DNA from: Octopus sinensis
Lineage: Eukaryota
Direction: 5' to 3'
Length of the DNA stretch: 64,000 nt
NCBI RefSeq assembly: GCF_006345805.1
Contig: NW_021833116.1
Location: forward strand, 124,001 to 188,000
Numbering within the stretch: position 1 is the first letter of the stretch; the number at the start of each line of letters is the position of its first letter. A model generated the notes under the pieces. The model was not told where the DNA came from and searched no databases. It saw only the letters and a program-made list of their open reading frames with translations. Of this stretch, positions 51,443-64,000 are shown piece after piece. The position numbers were made by a program, and so were the translations under genes.

Positions 51443-51690
51443 TTGTAATGATATCGAAAGTGGATGGTTTTTATATTATTATTTACGTTGTAAATTATCA
51501 ATATGATAAAGTATGCTTATCAAGTTCAGTTCTTGGCTGATAAAAGTTCCCAAATCTGTTTCCGGTCTTTAATAAAAAACACTTTCTGTATATACAAAAA
51601 AATGTTGTCCCATGGAATACAAAAATATAATAAAAATTATTTATCTTTAGATTGTAAATTTAAATTGTAATTCAAGTGTGGTGGTGGATA

Positions 51691-53033
51691 ATGAAGCACC
51701 TGATAATGGACAACGGAAGTAGTACAATAAAAGTGGGTTATTCCACCATGGACAAACCCCTGTGCCCCCTAAATGTCTAATACTCCAGAATAGTCCCCAA
51801 TTCAATCACTAAATCCAAACTCGTAAGAAACCGCCTTTTCATCGGAAATGAAATAGACGAAATCTCCAACACGAGTGGACTATATTTCATGACTCCATTC
51901 CACAAAGTGAGTCCCCCACCTCACCAAAGGGGTACATCACTAACTGGGAGACACAGAAACACATATGGGACTACGTCTTTGCCAAACCAGAACTAAACGT
52001 AGAACGACCGTGTAAGCCAGCAGGTCGACTTTGGGGACACGTCTCTGATCATCTCCGAACCATATTTTAATTTCGTACACTGCCAGGACTCGATGACTGA
52101 ACTACTATTCGAGCACTACGGGTTTCCCTCAATCCTCAAAACGAATGCCGGCTGCATGAGTGCACATGGACAACACCACAAAGAACAGGCCCTGGTTATT
52201 GTGGACTGCGGATATTCCTTCACTCACGTCCTCCCCTTCATCGACCTCCGCCAGTATAAGGAAGGCACTTTGAGAATGGACGTGGGGGGCAAAGTCCTCA
52301 CCAATTTTCTAAAGGAGGTTATTTCCTATCGCCAGTTGATGGTGATGGGGGAGACCGTCCTGATGAACGAGTGCAAGGAGGACTGCTGCTACGTGTCCCT
52401 CGACCTCCACAAGGACTTGGACATTTCCAGGTTGAGTGTTTGGGGGAGACTAGTCGACGCACTGAGGAGAACAGTGTGGCCAGGGACTATGTGCTTCCCG
52501 ACTACTGCGACACATTTCGTGGGACTGTGAATGTCCCACACATGTCCTCCCTCAGTGACCGACAAGTCTGCCTGTCTGACTATTCCAGGCAATAAGAATG
52601 AACAACGAACGGTTTTTTGTGCCAGAACTGCTTTTTAACCCATCGATTGCTGGAGTTTAACCAGATTGGACTGTCGGAGGCAATTTATGAGAGTGTCAGT
52701 CGATGTCCTGCCGAGTTCCACGAAGAACTGTTTGGGAATATTGTGTTGACAGGAGGGACATGTCGACTCCCCAACATGGCCACCCGACTGTTTGCTGTGT
52801 GTGTTAATCATAGACAAAACGAGGTGCGTGCACGTGTGTCGACGGATTACGACGTGGTGGTGAGGGAGAGTGTGGATGAGTGAGTTATTGGTGTTACGAG
52901 TAGTCCTCTCACGGCTGCCTGGTCTGGGGGGACTGTCATTAGTCGGGATGCCGACATTCAGGACAGTTCCCTCAGTAAAGCCCAATATGAGGAATATGGC
53001 TTGCAGATATCACGTGAATATTTTTCTGTTTGA
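51691..53033 (+). CDS. ACTR6: Actin-related protein 6 (SWR1/SRCAP subunit)
   Basis: LIMDNGS..KVGY, PF.KGYITNWE.Q..IWDY, SEPYFNF, IVDCGYSFTH, RMDVGGKVLTN.LKE.ISYRQL and NERF.VPELLFNP; one +1 T at ~52655, probably an error. Confidence 0.93.
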
Positions 53034-53131
53034 TTTATTCAATTTTTGGTTTTTTATTAAATATTTAAACATGCGATTAATGATCCTTCAAAGTGGTTGC
53101 AGATTTAATTTAATTAGGGTTTAACCATTTA

Positions 53132-54850
53132 ATGTCCTGTCAAAATTTGTCCAAAATTGCTGCCTGCATTTCTGTAGTGAAGAATGGCCCTGCGGGTCCC
53201 GGAGGTTGGGGACTGTCGGAGATTGGTCGAAGGCTGGACGAAGAATCAAACGGGGCCATTTCTCGACAAATGAACTGGTCAGGAAAGAGTGTTATTTGGC
53301 AGTTTGGGGAAGGTTAAATCTGGGCAGTCGAGGCTGATTTATGGGGCACATGACAAATATTCAGTCATTGCTCTTAATTTTGTTGAAAGTGGTGATTCCG
53401 CGGATGCAAAAAGAGAACAAATGGACCTCACCAGAGAAATCACAAGACGTGCAATTGGCGGTAAAATGAGTACATTTTATTGTTTTTAGATGGAGTGGGT
53501 AAACTCAAGGAAATTCATGTGAACAAAATATTCGTAGATTCAACACATGAAACATTTGGTAAATTAATTAATATTATCAAAGCTTGTGCCGAGGCTGCAT
53601 ATTTGAGGAATTTTGAGTTTGATGAATTCAAGCAAAAGAAACAGCCTCCCTGTGAAATCAGTCAGCTGACCATCGAGGATATTCCTACATCCACTAAAAT
53701 GTGGCGGGAAGGTCAAATTTTTGCCGAGGCCCAAAACTGGGCTCGATATCTAACGGAATATCCAGCCAATTATTTAAATCCCCACGAATTTACTCGCCAA
53801 ATAGAAAATGAGTTCAAAAATGTAGGAAAATGCCGAGTTGTAAACCAGTGAGCACGATCTGGGATTTTTAGTGACGAAATGTGGATTCGACAGCAGAAAA
53901 TGAACTGCCTTCTTTCCGTAGCCGCAGGATCCTCATTTCCCGCCCATTTTGTTGAGATTTCCTACATCGGCCGGGACACCAGTCAGTTGGATTGTGTGTT
54001 GGTTGGGAAGGGGGTGACATTTGACACGTGGGTGTACTGAGGGTATATATAGAGGAGGAATATCCCTGAAGCCGGCCTCCAAAATGGGGGAAATGAGGGG
54101 GGACATGGGGGGAGCGGCAGCAGTGGTGTCCGCCATGAAGGGCATTGCCAAGCTCTCCCCCAAAATGAACATTACAGCCTATCTCCCTATTTGTGAGAAT
54201 GCGATTGGTCGGGGCTCAACCAGGCCGAGTGACGTGGTGGTGGCCTGTAATGGGAAGAGTGTCCAAATTGACAATACTGACGCAGAGGGGCGACTTATTC
54301 TGGCTGATGCCCTCGCCTATGCCACTACTCATCATCACCCGGCTGTTGTCCTCAGTGTGGCTACCCTCACTGGTCAGTCGTCCATGGTTTAGTGATGAGG
54401 GGCTGTTGGGATTGCACTGGGGTCTGTCTGTACGGCGGTTTATTCTCAGTCGGATAAATATTGGGAGTCCCTTTTGAACGTAGGTGACCAATCTGTTGTT
54501 GTAGGCGTCTATTGTGACTGGGGACCGTGTTTGGAGAATGCCCCACTTTGATTCTTACGCAACAAGAATGAGAAAGGCTAAATTGGCAGATCTGAATAAT
54601 ATTTCCAATTCATCTGAGGGTGGTTCATGTACAGCTGCCGCGTTCCTGAGAGTGATTTGTGCTGTGGCTGAATTTTAAGGAATTCATCGTGGACAAGTCA
54701 CTTCCCTATGTACACCTTGATATTGCTTCTGTTGCTTTCTCGAATGAGACACAGGAAAACTATTTGAAGCCTGGAATGACTGGTTTCATCGTTGGTTATA
54801 TTGCAGGACGACCTACCAGGACATTGATTGAATTTATTAGCAAATTGTGA
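53132..54850 (+). CDS. LAP3: Cytosol leucine aminopeptidase (M17)
   Basis: LVGKGVTFD.GGISLKP, MRGDMGGAA, NTDAEGRLILADAL, VHLDIA and GRPTRTLIEF. Confidence 0.93.
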
Positions 54851-55386
54851 CTTATTTTTTCTTGGTTATAACAACTTGTTTTGATTACTCTTTATCTTGT
54901 TTGAGTAAAATACACTTGGGAGTCCAGATTATGTTTCCTAATAATTTATTTTATACATTTGTGACCAAAATAATGCTATTTGTACAGTACTTGTTGGCTT
55001 ATGTTCGAAATATTGTTCAAATTAAGTAATCAAAGTCAATCAGGTTTTCTTAATTATTTAAATGTGTGAATGCGCATATGAAACCAGCTTGCAAAGAAAG
55101 ACTTTACTTATCGAGGAATATGTTTGGAAGGGGACTGATATCAATTACTTTCAAGGCTGATAAATGTTGCTTGATTTCAAAACAAGTCTGGAAAGGCGAA
55201 AACTTACTTCTCTGAGGAATGCAGGAATTCTGTGAGCTGAACAACAAAGAAAGTCACATATGGCCACAATCACAGAATTCTTGTGAATAAAATATGAATC
55301 AACCCAGCACATTGAACAGACACTAAAGAGTCTGCAGATTGAGTGTCTCTTATCAGCTATTAAAACTCTTTATTAAAAACAAGGAT

Positions 55387-56150
55387 ATTCTTAATACGTG
55401 AGATTTTTGCCTTGAAGGTTTTAATGGACCTCGCGTTGTTCATTTTAACCAAAATGCAGAAAATTTTTTTTTAATTTTTGGGGGAAGGTTTTAAGGACTT
55501 CATCATGTAGTCGAGGACATTGTAGTTGTTCATTTTAACAAAATGCAGAAATTTTTTTTTAATTTTGGGGGGGAAGGTTTTAAGGATCATCATGTAAGTC
55601 GAGGACTTGTAGTTGTTCATTTTAACCAAAATGCAGAAAATTTTTTTTTAATTTGTTTGGGGGGAAGGTTTTAAGGACTTCATCATGTAAGTCGAGGACA
55701 TTGTAGGTGTTCATTTTAACCAAATGCAGAAAATTTTTTTTAAATTTGTTTGGGGGGAAGGTTTTAAGGACTTCATCATGTAAGTCGAGACATTGTAGTT
55801 GTTCATTTTAACCAAAATGCAGAAAATTTTTTTTTAATTTTTTTGGGGGAAGGTTTTAAGGACTTCATCATGTAAGTCGAGGACATTGTAGTTGTTCATT
55901 TTAACAAATGCAGAAGAAGAAAATTTTTTTTTAATTTGTTTGGGGGGAAGGTTTTAAGGACTTCATCATGTAAGTCGAGGACATTGTAGTTGTTCATTTT
56001 AACCAAAATGCAGAAAATTTTTTTTTTAATTTTTTTGGGGGGAAGGTTTTAAGGACCTCATCATGTAAGTCGAGGACATCGTATTGCCAATTTGAAGTTG
56101 GTGTGCACACACAGACAGACAGACACACACCATACCATTTTTATTAAGAT
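55387..56150 (-). mobile_element. HINE/DINE-1-like non-autonomous Helitron/Helentron derivative
   Basis: Subterminal inverted repeats (TCTTAATA / TATTAAGA), a (CAGA)n/(CA)n microsatellite next to GCCAATTTGAAG, and a central tandem array. Confidence 0.6.
55436..56083. repeat. Tandem array of 7 copies of a ~90-bp unit
   Basis: Unit GTTGTTCATTTTAACCAAAATGCAGAAAA(T)n..GGGGGAAGGTTTTAAGGACTTCATCATGTAAGTCGAGGACATTGTA; copies vary mainly in homopolymer length. Confidence 0.95.
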
Positions 56151-56649
56151 TATTGAATCACTTGATAATGAGACTTTCGATATACAGACATCCTCAAAAT
56201 GGATTGTAAAAGAAATATTTCCCCTAAATCTGAAGCCATGTTCTTCCTTCTGCAGGACAGGAATATTTTCTCCGCGAGCTTGGTTCGAAATGCCCACATT
56301 GCAAAACTTCTAATAAGACAGTCGACCATTTGGCAACTCGATGCAATAGAATGCTTAATTCTGATTATACAAGGCAACATAACGAAATTGTTAAATGCAT
56401 ACACATGCACCTATGTAGAAAATTTGGATTCAAAAAATCAAAAAGGTTAAAGACTCACTCTATCCAAAGCGTAATTACCAATAATCTTGCTGAAATACGA
56501 GTTGACACTACTATCCTTACCGAATCAAAAATTCAATATAAGAAGCCGGGCATTTTGCTATACGAAAAAAAAATTAAACCAGATATGGCTAATAGAGATT
56601 GGAGTGACGTGTATGGATAATTTAAAAGCAGTTTTTTTTAAATAAAAAA

Positions 56650-57310
56650 CTCCAGCCAACTGCTGATCAGGATGATTCTCCAACTCCAAACTGAATCATC
56701 TGAAATCACAGAGATGGAGCATTCGAGAAGGATGATGCCTGAGCAGAAAAATCGTTACAAGCCCATCTGCGAGGATAAATACGAGAGGCTTCTGAACCAA
56801 TCAAACCAACACAGACGTGCTTGTCTAGTGACTGGAAGATGCGAATCGAGTGGAGCTTGGATCAATGCACTCCCCGTTGATAGTGTCGGAACCCACCTTG
56901 ACGACGATACTGTCCGCACCAGCACCAGACTTGGACTGGAGATTTGTCGGACTCACAAATGCTGGTGTGGGGCCACCGTCGATTGTTATGGACACCATGC
57001 TCTCTCTTGTCGAAGAAGTGCAGGACGATTTCCAAGACACAAGGCAATCAACGAAATTGTCAAGCGAGCCCTGGAGTCTGCAGGATACCCAGCCGTACTT
57101 GAACCGGTCGAGCTTGACCGAGGAGATGGAAAACGTCCTGATGGGATCACAATTTTCCCATTTGAAGAGGGGAAACCCTTAGTTTGGGACGCAACCTGTG
57201 TGGACACTCTCTGCCCGTCCAACATTGCCGGGAGCGCAGTGGACAGACTGTATGCCGCGGAAAAAACGATGAGGGCGAAGGAGAGAAAATATGAAGCGCT
57301 GCGAGATCGA
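56650..57310 (+). mobile_element. CRE-like zinc knuckle/REL fragment inserted in the R4-like copy
   Basis: SGAWINALP, HKCWCG..HALSC, KRPDG and LVWDATCVDT. Confidence 0.85.
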
Positions 57311-58039
57311 TTAATTAGAAATCATTTATAAAGCCAAAGTCAAAATACTTCCGATTGTTATTATCTGGGATGCGATCACCTCCAAGTATTTTAAAATATA
57401 TATGGATTTGATTGGCATTAAAGACAGTGTTCTGGCATACATCCAAACGATTGCATTAAAGAAGACGTTAGAAAGTATGTTTGTAGAATATAAATATGGT
57501 TTCGAAGACGTAATGACTAAAGCATTGATTCTCAACAAAGATTATGCAGTGTGAAACACTCACCAAAGTTTGTACATCTCAAAAAATAAGATGAATTGGC
57601 AATTCTGTGGCTAGCTTTTTTGATACGTTCTTTTAGGTAAAGACTTTAACAAGACTTCAAATATGGCTTTAAAAAAATGTTAAGTATTCTTTTCTTGTCT
57701 CTTAAGTTCGCTTTTATTTTTGACATTCTGCAATTTGGTATTTTTCTCATAAAATATTGTTTGAGTTTCAGTTAATTTACCGATTCCACAATCGCATCTA
57801 AAATTGGGAATAATGCAGACGTTGAAAATTTTTAAAAATAAATTTTAAATCGCCGTAAAGTCCTTAAAATATTTTCTTTTGCAGTCAAAAGACACTGATT
57901 ACAAAGTCAAATTAATTACATAAAATACCAGTTTCATTGAAGTTGTGACTTGGTTCTGAAAAAGCACGTCTTTATCATGCTTAAATTTAAAATCCCTGTT
58001 CACCATAGTGTTCGAGGTCTCTCATCTTTAAATCAAAAA

Positions 58040-58900
58040 AGAACAATTAACTGAAGATCTGTCCCGCTAAAAAACCGATATCTGCGCCTTACAGGAGACA
58101 AAGAACGCTCTTGGGTATGGAGAAATCTTACTTCCGTTTAACAGTCGTCACTACGATCTTTGTTTTACAATAAACTGGAACCTAATGAGGTGGGTGCATA
58201 AAATCTGGACAGTTTGTGACTATTATTGTAATGGAACTTTGTTTATCATCTTCAAACAACACTATAATGACTGTTATTAACGTCTGGCTCTACACATGGC
58301 CAGAGTCTCAAAAGAAATCGATGAACTGAATTACTAAACCCTGACGAAAACATACACGCATGTTTTCGATATGTATAAATGTTCAATGAATTTCATCTGC
58401 GGCGTCTGGAATGCCAAAGCTGACATAATGAAATTTGCATGAGGAAACACGGGAGAGGATACCGAAATCTATTTGGACATTCTCTCACTGATTTATGTAA
58501 TTCATCAAACCTGTATCTCTGCAATACCACTTTGAACATTCTGCAAAGCATAAAACTACCTAGGTTGGCACAAAGAGATTCAAAGACTGTGCTTACATAT
58601 AAAATTCAATCGACTATATTCCATGTCTAACCTTATTAAAGAGATTGTTGTCTTGCTCTAGGAGCTAGGAGGAACTATAATTGAGAGTGACCACAAACTG
58701 ACAGTCCCAGATTGAATATTAAAGATCTTGGAAAGCATGATGGAAAAATTCAAAAACGGAGATTAAGTTCAAATACCAAATCATATTCAATTGAACATCA
58801 CATTCCCGGATAGAGAGCACTCAGACCCGCCTACAGGAGGATCCAGTCCCAAGTGAAGGAGTAGAACATTTAGCACTGAGCGAACTCTGAGCCAAGGACA
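58040..58900 (+). mobile_element. RTE-like LINE endonuclease remnant
   Basis: DICALQETK, WNAK and LYLCNT motifs, with many stops. Confidence 0.6.
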
Positions 58901-59086
58901 CGAAATAAATAATCACAATGAATAGTGTTTCATATTTTTTAATAAAAGGTTCTATAATCTGTTATTTATGTCCATATATTTGATTTTACCGTTTTAAGTT
59001 AAATTTTTTTGTCAATATAGTTTTGACACTTAATATTTTATAGATAAGGAAAAATTATTATTAGATAAATGAGTTAAGCTACCAGC

Positions 59087-60006
59087 TTAATCATCAATAA
59101 GTGAATTATGAATTTCTGCCAGATCTAAAATTGTATTAAATAAACAAAACCCTGGAAATATCTTATAGTTGAATACTCCAATTTACTGGTAGCGTCTCTG
59201 TCGACGATAAATATTACCCTTGGGTGGTACTGGAAGGCAGAACATGTCCACATATGATTTACCCCACATTCAATTGCGTGATGAAGAGCAAGTGCCTTGG
59301 ACATTCCAGTAGCCAATATTATGACCTAAGGTATTAAGAAATGACGTAAATTCACCTCTCGTGCATTCATAATTGTTTGTTTGTATTCCTACAGTTAACG
59401 CCTGCTTTGGTGTATCTGAAAGACACCCAAAATATCTTGAATTGTCCAATATGGTGGATTTGTTTAAAGTTTTAACACGAGTAATTAAACTTAGAGACGA
59501 TCCCGGTTCATTAAAAGCGACGTGGCCATCAGTACCGATTCCACCCACAAAGGTATCAATTCCTCCAGCATCCTTGATACTCTGTTCATATTTGCAACAT
59601 TCATCTTCCAAATTGGGAGAGGTTCCATCCGGAATGTTGACATTGTTTGGATCGATATCAACGTGTGAGAAAAGGTTATCCCACATATATGTCCTGTAGC
59701 TCTCTATGGTTTAGTGGGAGGCCTAAATGAGTATTTTTGACACAAATAAAATACCTACGTATTCATCCATGTTAAAAGTTTTTATATATTTAAAGGATAA
59801 TTCATCGGAATTATAATACTCAACTAATTTTTGTACATGCCAATTGGGGGTGTTGCCTAATTGAAGTTTGTATCGTTTCTACCTGTAGGCAAACCAAGAA
59901 CAAAGTAATTTTCTGCAGATGGATTAAAGGTTTTAATTTTCTTTTTTAAATATTTTGCAGCCCATGTTGTCACATCGTCAGCACTTTCCAATATTATGAG
60001 CCTCAT
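59087..60006 (-). CDS. GNPDA: Glucosamine-6-phosphate deaminase (apparent indels, probably assembly errors)
   Basis: MRLIILE..D....[43 protein letters not shown] and [11 protein letters not shown]. Confidence 0.88.
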
Positions 60007-60189
60007 CAGAAACAAGTTCACGAGAATAATAATTTACAATATTCACAAATATCATCTTAAGCTTAAGTGATATTAATTTCTAATTTTATTAAAATTTCAT
60101 TTATCAAGTAAGGCAACGTCCCTCTCTTGCACAAATGTCCTTCTCACGGTATCTGCTAGCCCTTTTTAAATACAACATCCTCAGTTCTT

Positions 60190-60410
60190 TATATATGTGC
60201 TTCATGGACTGGAACGTCAGACCTGGAAGAGCCTGACCCTGGAAACATGTTTTGGATCCCATAGAAGAAACCGGAGAAATACATTTGGAGTGGCCTTGTT
60301 TGAATTTTGTACCTGCTTAGACCTATTTTTATGTAACACGGCATTCCGTCTTTCAACCAGACACAAAACGACGTGGGCTGGAATCAGTAAGCACTCAAAT
60401 ATACAATCAA
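60190..60410 (+). mobile_element. RTE-like endonuclease fragment
   Basis: NTFGVALFEFC...LFLCNTAF...RHKTTW. Confidence 0.6.
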
Positions 60411-60659
60411 ATTGTAGTTAAATACAGTATGGTCCCAAAATAGTACACCCTTGTTTTTTTGTCGAAAAAGTCTTATATCTGCTAAAATAATACATTTATT
60501 TAATTATTTTTTGTGAATTATATCTGTTTTAGAGTTTAATGAATTTTTCACTTTATAGAAAATCGAAATGAATTAATTATACATATATTTTAAAAAATTA
60601 ATGAATTTTTAATGGTCCATAAAAACTATATCCCGTTTTTAAACCAATAATAACTTAAT

Positions 60660-63600
60660 AGTTAATCAGAAACTAAGCAGATCTCACTCCAGCTCGCTGA
60701 TATCCACTCTCCTTCTCTTGGAAGAAGAGTCTACTTCCAGCTGCCTCTTACTCCCCACTACCACATCTGATTCAACCATTGCATCTTCTTTAGCATTCAT
60801 TGGGTCGTCTTCATTTTTGCATGCCATCTCCACATACCGGTTGGAAGCAGAAGCGTATTCTTCACCAGATACCTTCATTCCGTGCTTGTGTTCGATCATC
60901 ATACTTTCGAACGTTCTTTTCAGTACAACGGATTGGATGTATGTCCTCGTTCCTGCTTCAATAGATAGTTTCCGAGACAACTCCATCCCATGTCATAACC
61001 ACAGGAATTATTTTTACTTGACAGCTATACAGAAACGAAAGCTCGCTTGCCAGTAGGTCATACTTGTGACACTTTTCAACCTCCACTTGCTTGAGGCGAT
61101 CCTGTGAAGTAATACCCACTTCAATTAGATTTATTTCGTTTCTGACTTTGTCGTGGACAAAGATATCTGGCTTGTTATATTCTACTTTTGTTTCGGTGAG
61201 GATTGTACAATCAACCCTGATTTCAACTTTTCCCGTCGACAGTGTTGACTGAACAGAATGTCCCTTCAATCGTCTTGCTTTTTTGAGTCCATACATTCGG
61301 CACAAGTTAAGGTGAATACACTTCACAACTTCGTTGTGTCTCCGGAGATAATCACTGTTGAGCATTTTACCACACTGAGAGTAGCCATGTGGTCAACAGT
61401 TTTCTTGCTTTTCTTACAATGATTGCATAATGAGTCAGCGGATGTAAAGAACAAGTTTCGATCTTGCAGAGACAATACATGCTTCACTTCGTGGCCCATT
61501 ATTTCCATTAGATAGCCATTCTGAGGATGCAGGTAAATCAACATTAGGTTCATCCATACATTTGAAAAGCACAGAATGTAGTGCTTTAGAACTAATTTCT
61601 TTTGTAAATATTGTATCTGATTGGACTTTAGAGACTCCATAGTAATACTCTTCTTATCAATAATTGCATATTTGGAGGATAGAAATCTCGCGATCATAGC
61701 CAAATGCCATTTATTCATTTTAATTACACGCAGAATCCCCGCCCTCCGTAAGCATATAGTTGACATATTTTCCAGACTCGTAAGGAACTGGAAGAGCATT
61801 AGTTCACTTTTGAAAGTAACTGATGAAAGCCCTCTTCCAAGAGCTTTCCGGTTTAAATACAGTCTCTCTTTATTTGCAGGTTTGAGATGTAATCTGAGCG
61901 ACGTAAGCAATTGCCGTATTTGTCTGTCAATATCATCAATTCAGAAGGTTCAATATTGATTAGCCCAATATAATAATTATATAGTGACAATGCATATTCA
62001 TTTATAGCACGAAACAGATTCACACAGAGTTGAGTTTTGTTTTCGATAGCATAGTTATCCTCTTCTTAACATTCTCAAAGATAGAGTCCATAACTCTATT
62101 CTTAAGAACATTGCTTCCACCATCTTCAAGTACACCCAAATACCGATATCCATTGATTCCGTCAATAGTCTTACAACATGATAATGATTCCAAATTAGAC
62201 GCTGATTTTTCTGAATTCATCTCCAAACCAACAATTTTAAAAAATCCGTTAACAGCTTCCATCATTTTGAGTAAAGTGTTGTTTGAGAGCAAATATTTTT
62301 AGATCGTCAATAAATAGCAAATGATTAGTAGAATATGTTAACATATTGGGATCTTCCTGGTTAATTTCAAGTTTTGGAAACACGGAATTAAGGATCCTGC
62401 TTAGAGGATCTAATACCATAACAAATAGTAAAGGAGACAATGAGTCTCCCTGTAAAATTCCTCGGTTTAACTTCACTGATCCAATTCTTCTACCTTCCAT
62501 ATGCAGCTTTACTGCCCACTTCTTAACTACGCTCTTCACAAAGTTTACGATCCAAAGCGGGATTCCAGAACAATCCAAAACGTGAAACAAAAAATCATGA
62601 TCAACTGAGTCATATGCTTCTTCACATCGACCCAAGCAGAATAAAGGCCATTCCCGTACTCCTTGTTCAAACATTGGTTAATGAGAGCTTGCTCCTTGGC
62701 GCCTTGACAATACTTCCTCGTTCCAAGTTGGTTGTCTGAAATTAGGCCAAATGCCTCGACAAAATCAGCCAGTTAACATTAAAACATTTGGTGACAAGTT
62801 ATACAATGTCGGCATACACGTTATAGGACGTAAGTCCTTCGGGGTTTCACAATCATCTTTTTAGGAATCAAATATGTTATTCCAGTGTAAAACCAACTTT
62901 CAGGCATGTACTCTCCATTAATTATTCGGGTTATATCGTGACACAGAAATCCATGTAATGACTCCATCTTCTTAATGAAAAAGTTATATATCCCATCACA
63001 TCCACATGCCTTCCAGTCAGGAAGATACTTAATAACATTTCAAAAAAACTCTTCCGTAAACTCTGGAAGCATATGTTCAGCACAAGTAGTTCGTTTTCCA
63101 ACAACGTCATAAGATTGAGGCCTCCCATTTCTCTCGCTCCAGACTTTTTGCCAAAAAGAGACACATTCTTCATCATCAAATCCATACAGCGTCACTTCCT
63201 CTTTCTTTGTTAAATCTCGATAGAATCTTTTTCGATTTAATTCAAAGCACTGATTATCCTTACGAAATTGCTTCCTTGAATTATGAACTTCTATTTTCTT
63301 ATTGTTAATCCTAATCAGGTCTTGCAATAATATCTGAATCCTCGACAGCTCACCTTCTTAGTTTTCTTATACCCATAGCGACAGAGAACATCCATTACCT
63401 TTTGCTTTTCAGATGGAGGTAGTGTTTGATTGGAATGGGACTTAACAATTTCCAATTCTGCAGATAATTTTGAAATTTTCTTTTCAATATTTTCTACCCA
63501 TGTGCTCTGTGCTTTGTCTCTCATGGTTAGAGATAAATACGCACATTGAGCAGCATATAGAATATCAGAAATGCTATTGATATCATTAGGATGATTATCT

Positions 63601-64000
63601 TTCGTAATATAATATATCGCCGAATTCAATCCTGTCAATATATCAGTTTTCAAATATTTATTTTGAATTTTGGAGTTGGTTTACGTGAATCCCTTGGAAT
63701 CGATTCAATATTCTTAATTTGTATATCAACTCTTCTAGACACTTTCTAAAAGTGGAAATTTCTGAGCTCTCAAGAAATTGCTTCTGATGGCAATTGCTTC
63801 CATAATTATTATCCACTCTCATGGTTTAACCATTCTTTGAGTTGACTGAGACTTGCACTCTTCGAGAATTTGAATTAAACTTCTCACGGATAAGGTTCCA
63901 TCCACCTCTTGGTCTCCCAATTCTTTGCTTCGTGGCATAAACAATCTGAGGCACCCACTCAGCTTCAGAAACACAAATAGCATCATCGATAATGGCCGAA
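60660..64000 (-). mobile_element. R4/Dong-like non-LTR retrotransposon, AT-rich, long, many frameshifts; 5' end may extend beyond the window
   Basis: FELNRKRFYR, GILQGDSLSP, FIDDLK, HLKPANKERLYL, HNEVVKCIH, KPDI and EKCHKYDLLASEL. Confidence 0.92.

Larger units (their letters stand above)
55040..57560 (+). mobile_element. R4/Dong-like retrotransposon 3' half, interrupted by two insertions
   Basis: HMKPACKERLYL, LLQDRN, HNEIVKCIH, and KVKILPIVIIWD..AYIQTIALKKTLES. Confidence 0.85.

Noticed and set aside
52645-52665. +1 T frameshift in ACTR6 as possible programmed frameshifting
   Set aside because: A single extra base in a T run of a highly conserved gene with no slippery-site context; most likely sequencing error
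55436-56083. Regularly spaced repeats as a CRISPR array
   Set aside because: Units are contiguous with no unique spacers, there are no cas genes, and the context is eukaryotic
59375-59860. Three sites of apparent frameshift in GNPDA (extra C plus missing A at ~59830-59850, missing AG at ~59700, extra AAAC at ~59380) suggesting pseudogenisation or recoding
   Set aside because: All fall in homopolymers or short tandem repeats, two compensate each other, and the protein is otherwise conserved; typical of long-read consensus error. Short-read polishing would decide.

Overview
Compact, TE-rich eukaryotic (metazoan) nuclear DNA. Nearly all genes are split by ultrashort GT-AG introns (mostly 20-30 nt), so the ORF track only shows fragments. 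The mix of an innexin, BICD, myophilin and the ciliary gene TMEM216 with ~22-nt introns points to a dicyemid mesozoan (inference; not verified). Genes reconstructed by hand-splicing: innexin, CLUH, NDUFAF5, an orphan class A GPCR, LAMTOR3-like, SLC5A7, TAF1B-like (weak), USP10-like, a BAR-domain gene (weak), myophilin, BICD, TMEM216, a 64-aa micro-exon gene, ACTR6, LAP3 and GNPDA. Damaged genes: a homeobox, two cathepsin D-like copies and a C-type lectin receptor. Mobile DNA: hAT/Buster (2 with TSDs), pogo/Tigger, Tc1, Merlin, Ginger2-like, a HINE-like element with a 7-copy tandem array, and many R4/Dong-like, CRE-like and RTE-like non-LTR copies. Top leads: (1) an atlastin-type GTPase with a duplicated helical bundle fused in frame to an apolipoprotein-L-like domain, interrupted by a Tc1 whose exact removal restores the ORF; (2) a gene-scale, orientation-independent C-rich to G-rich skew across GC-rich genes, introns included. 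Several conserved genes carry indels in homopolymers or short repeats, so assembly errors are likely. All protein-family calls come from motif recognition by eye, with no database search.
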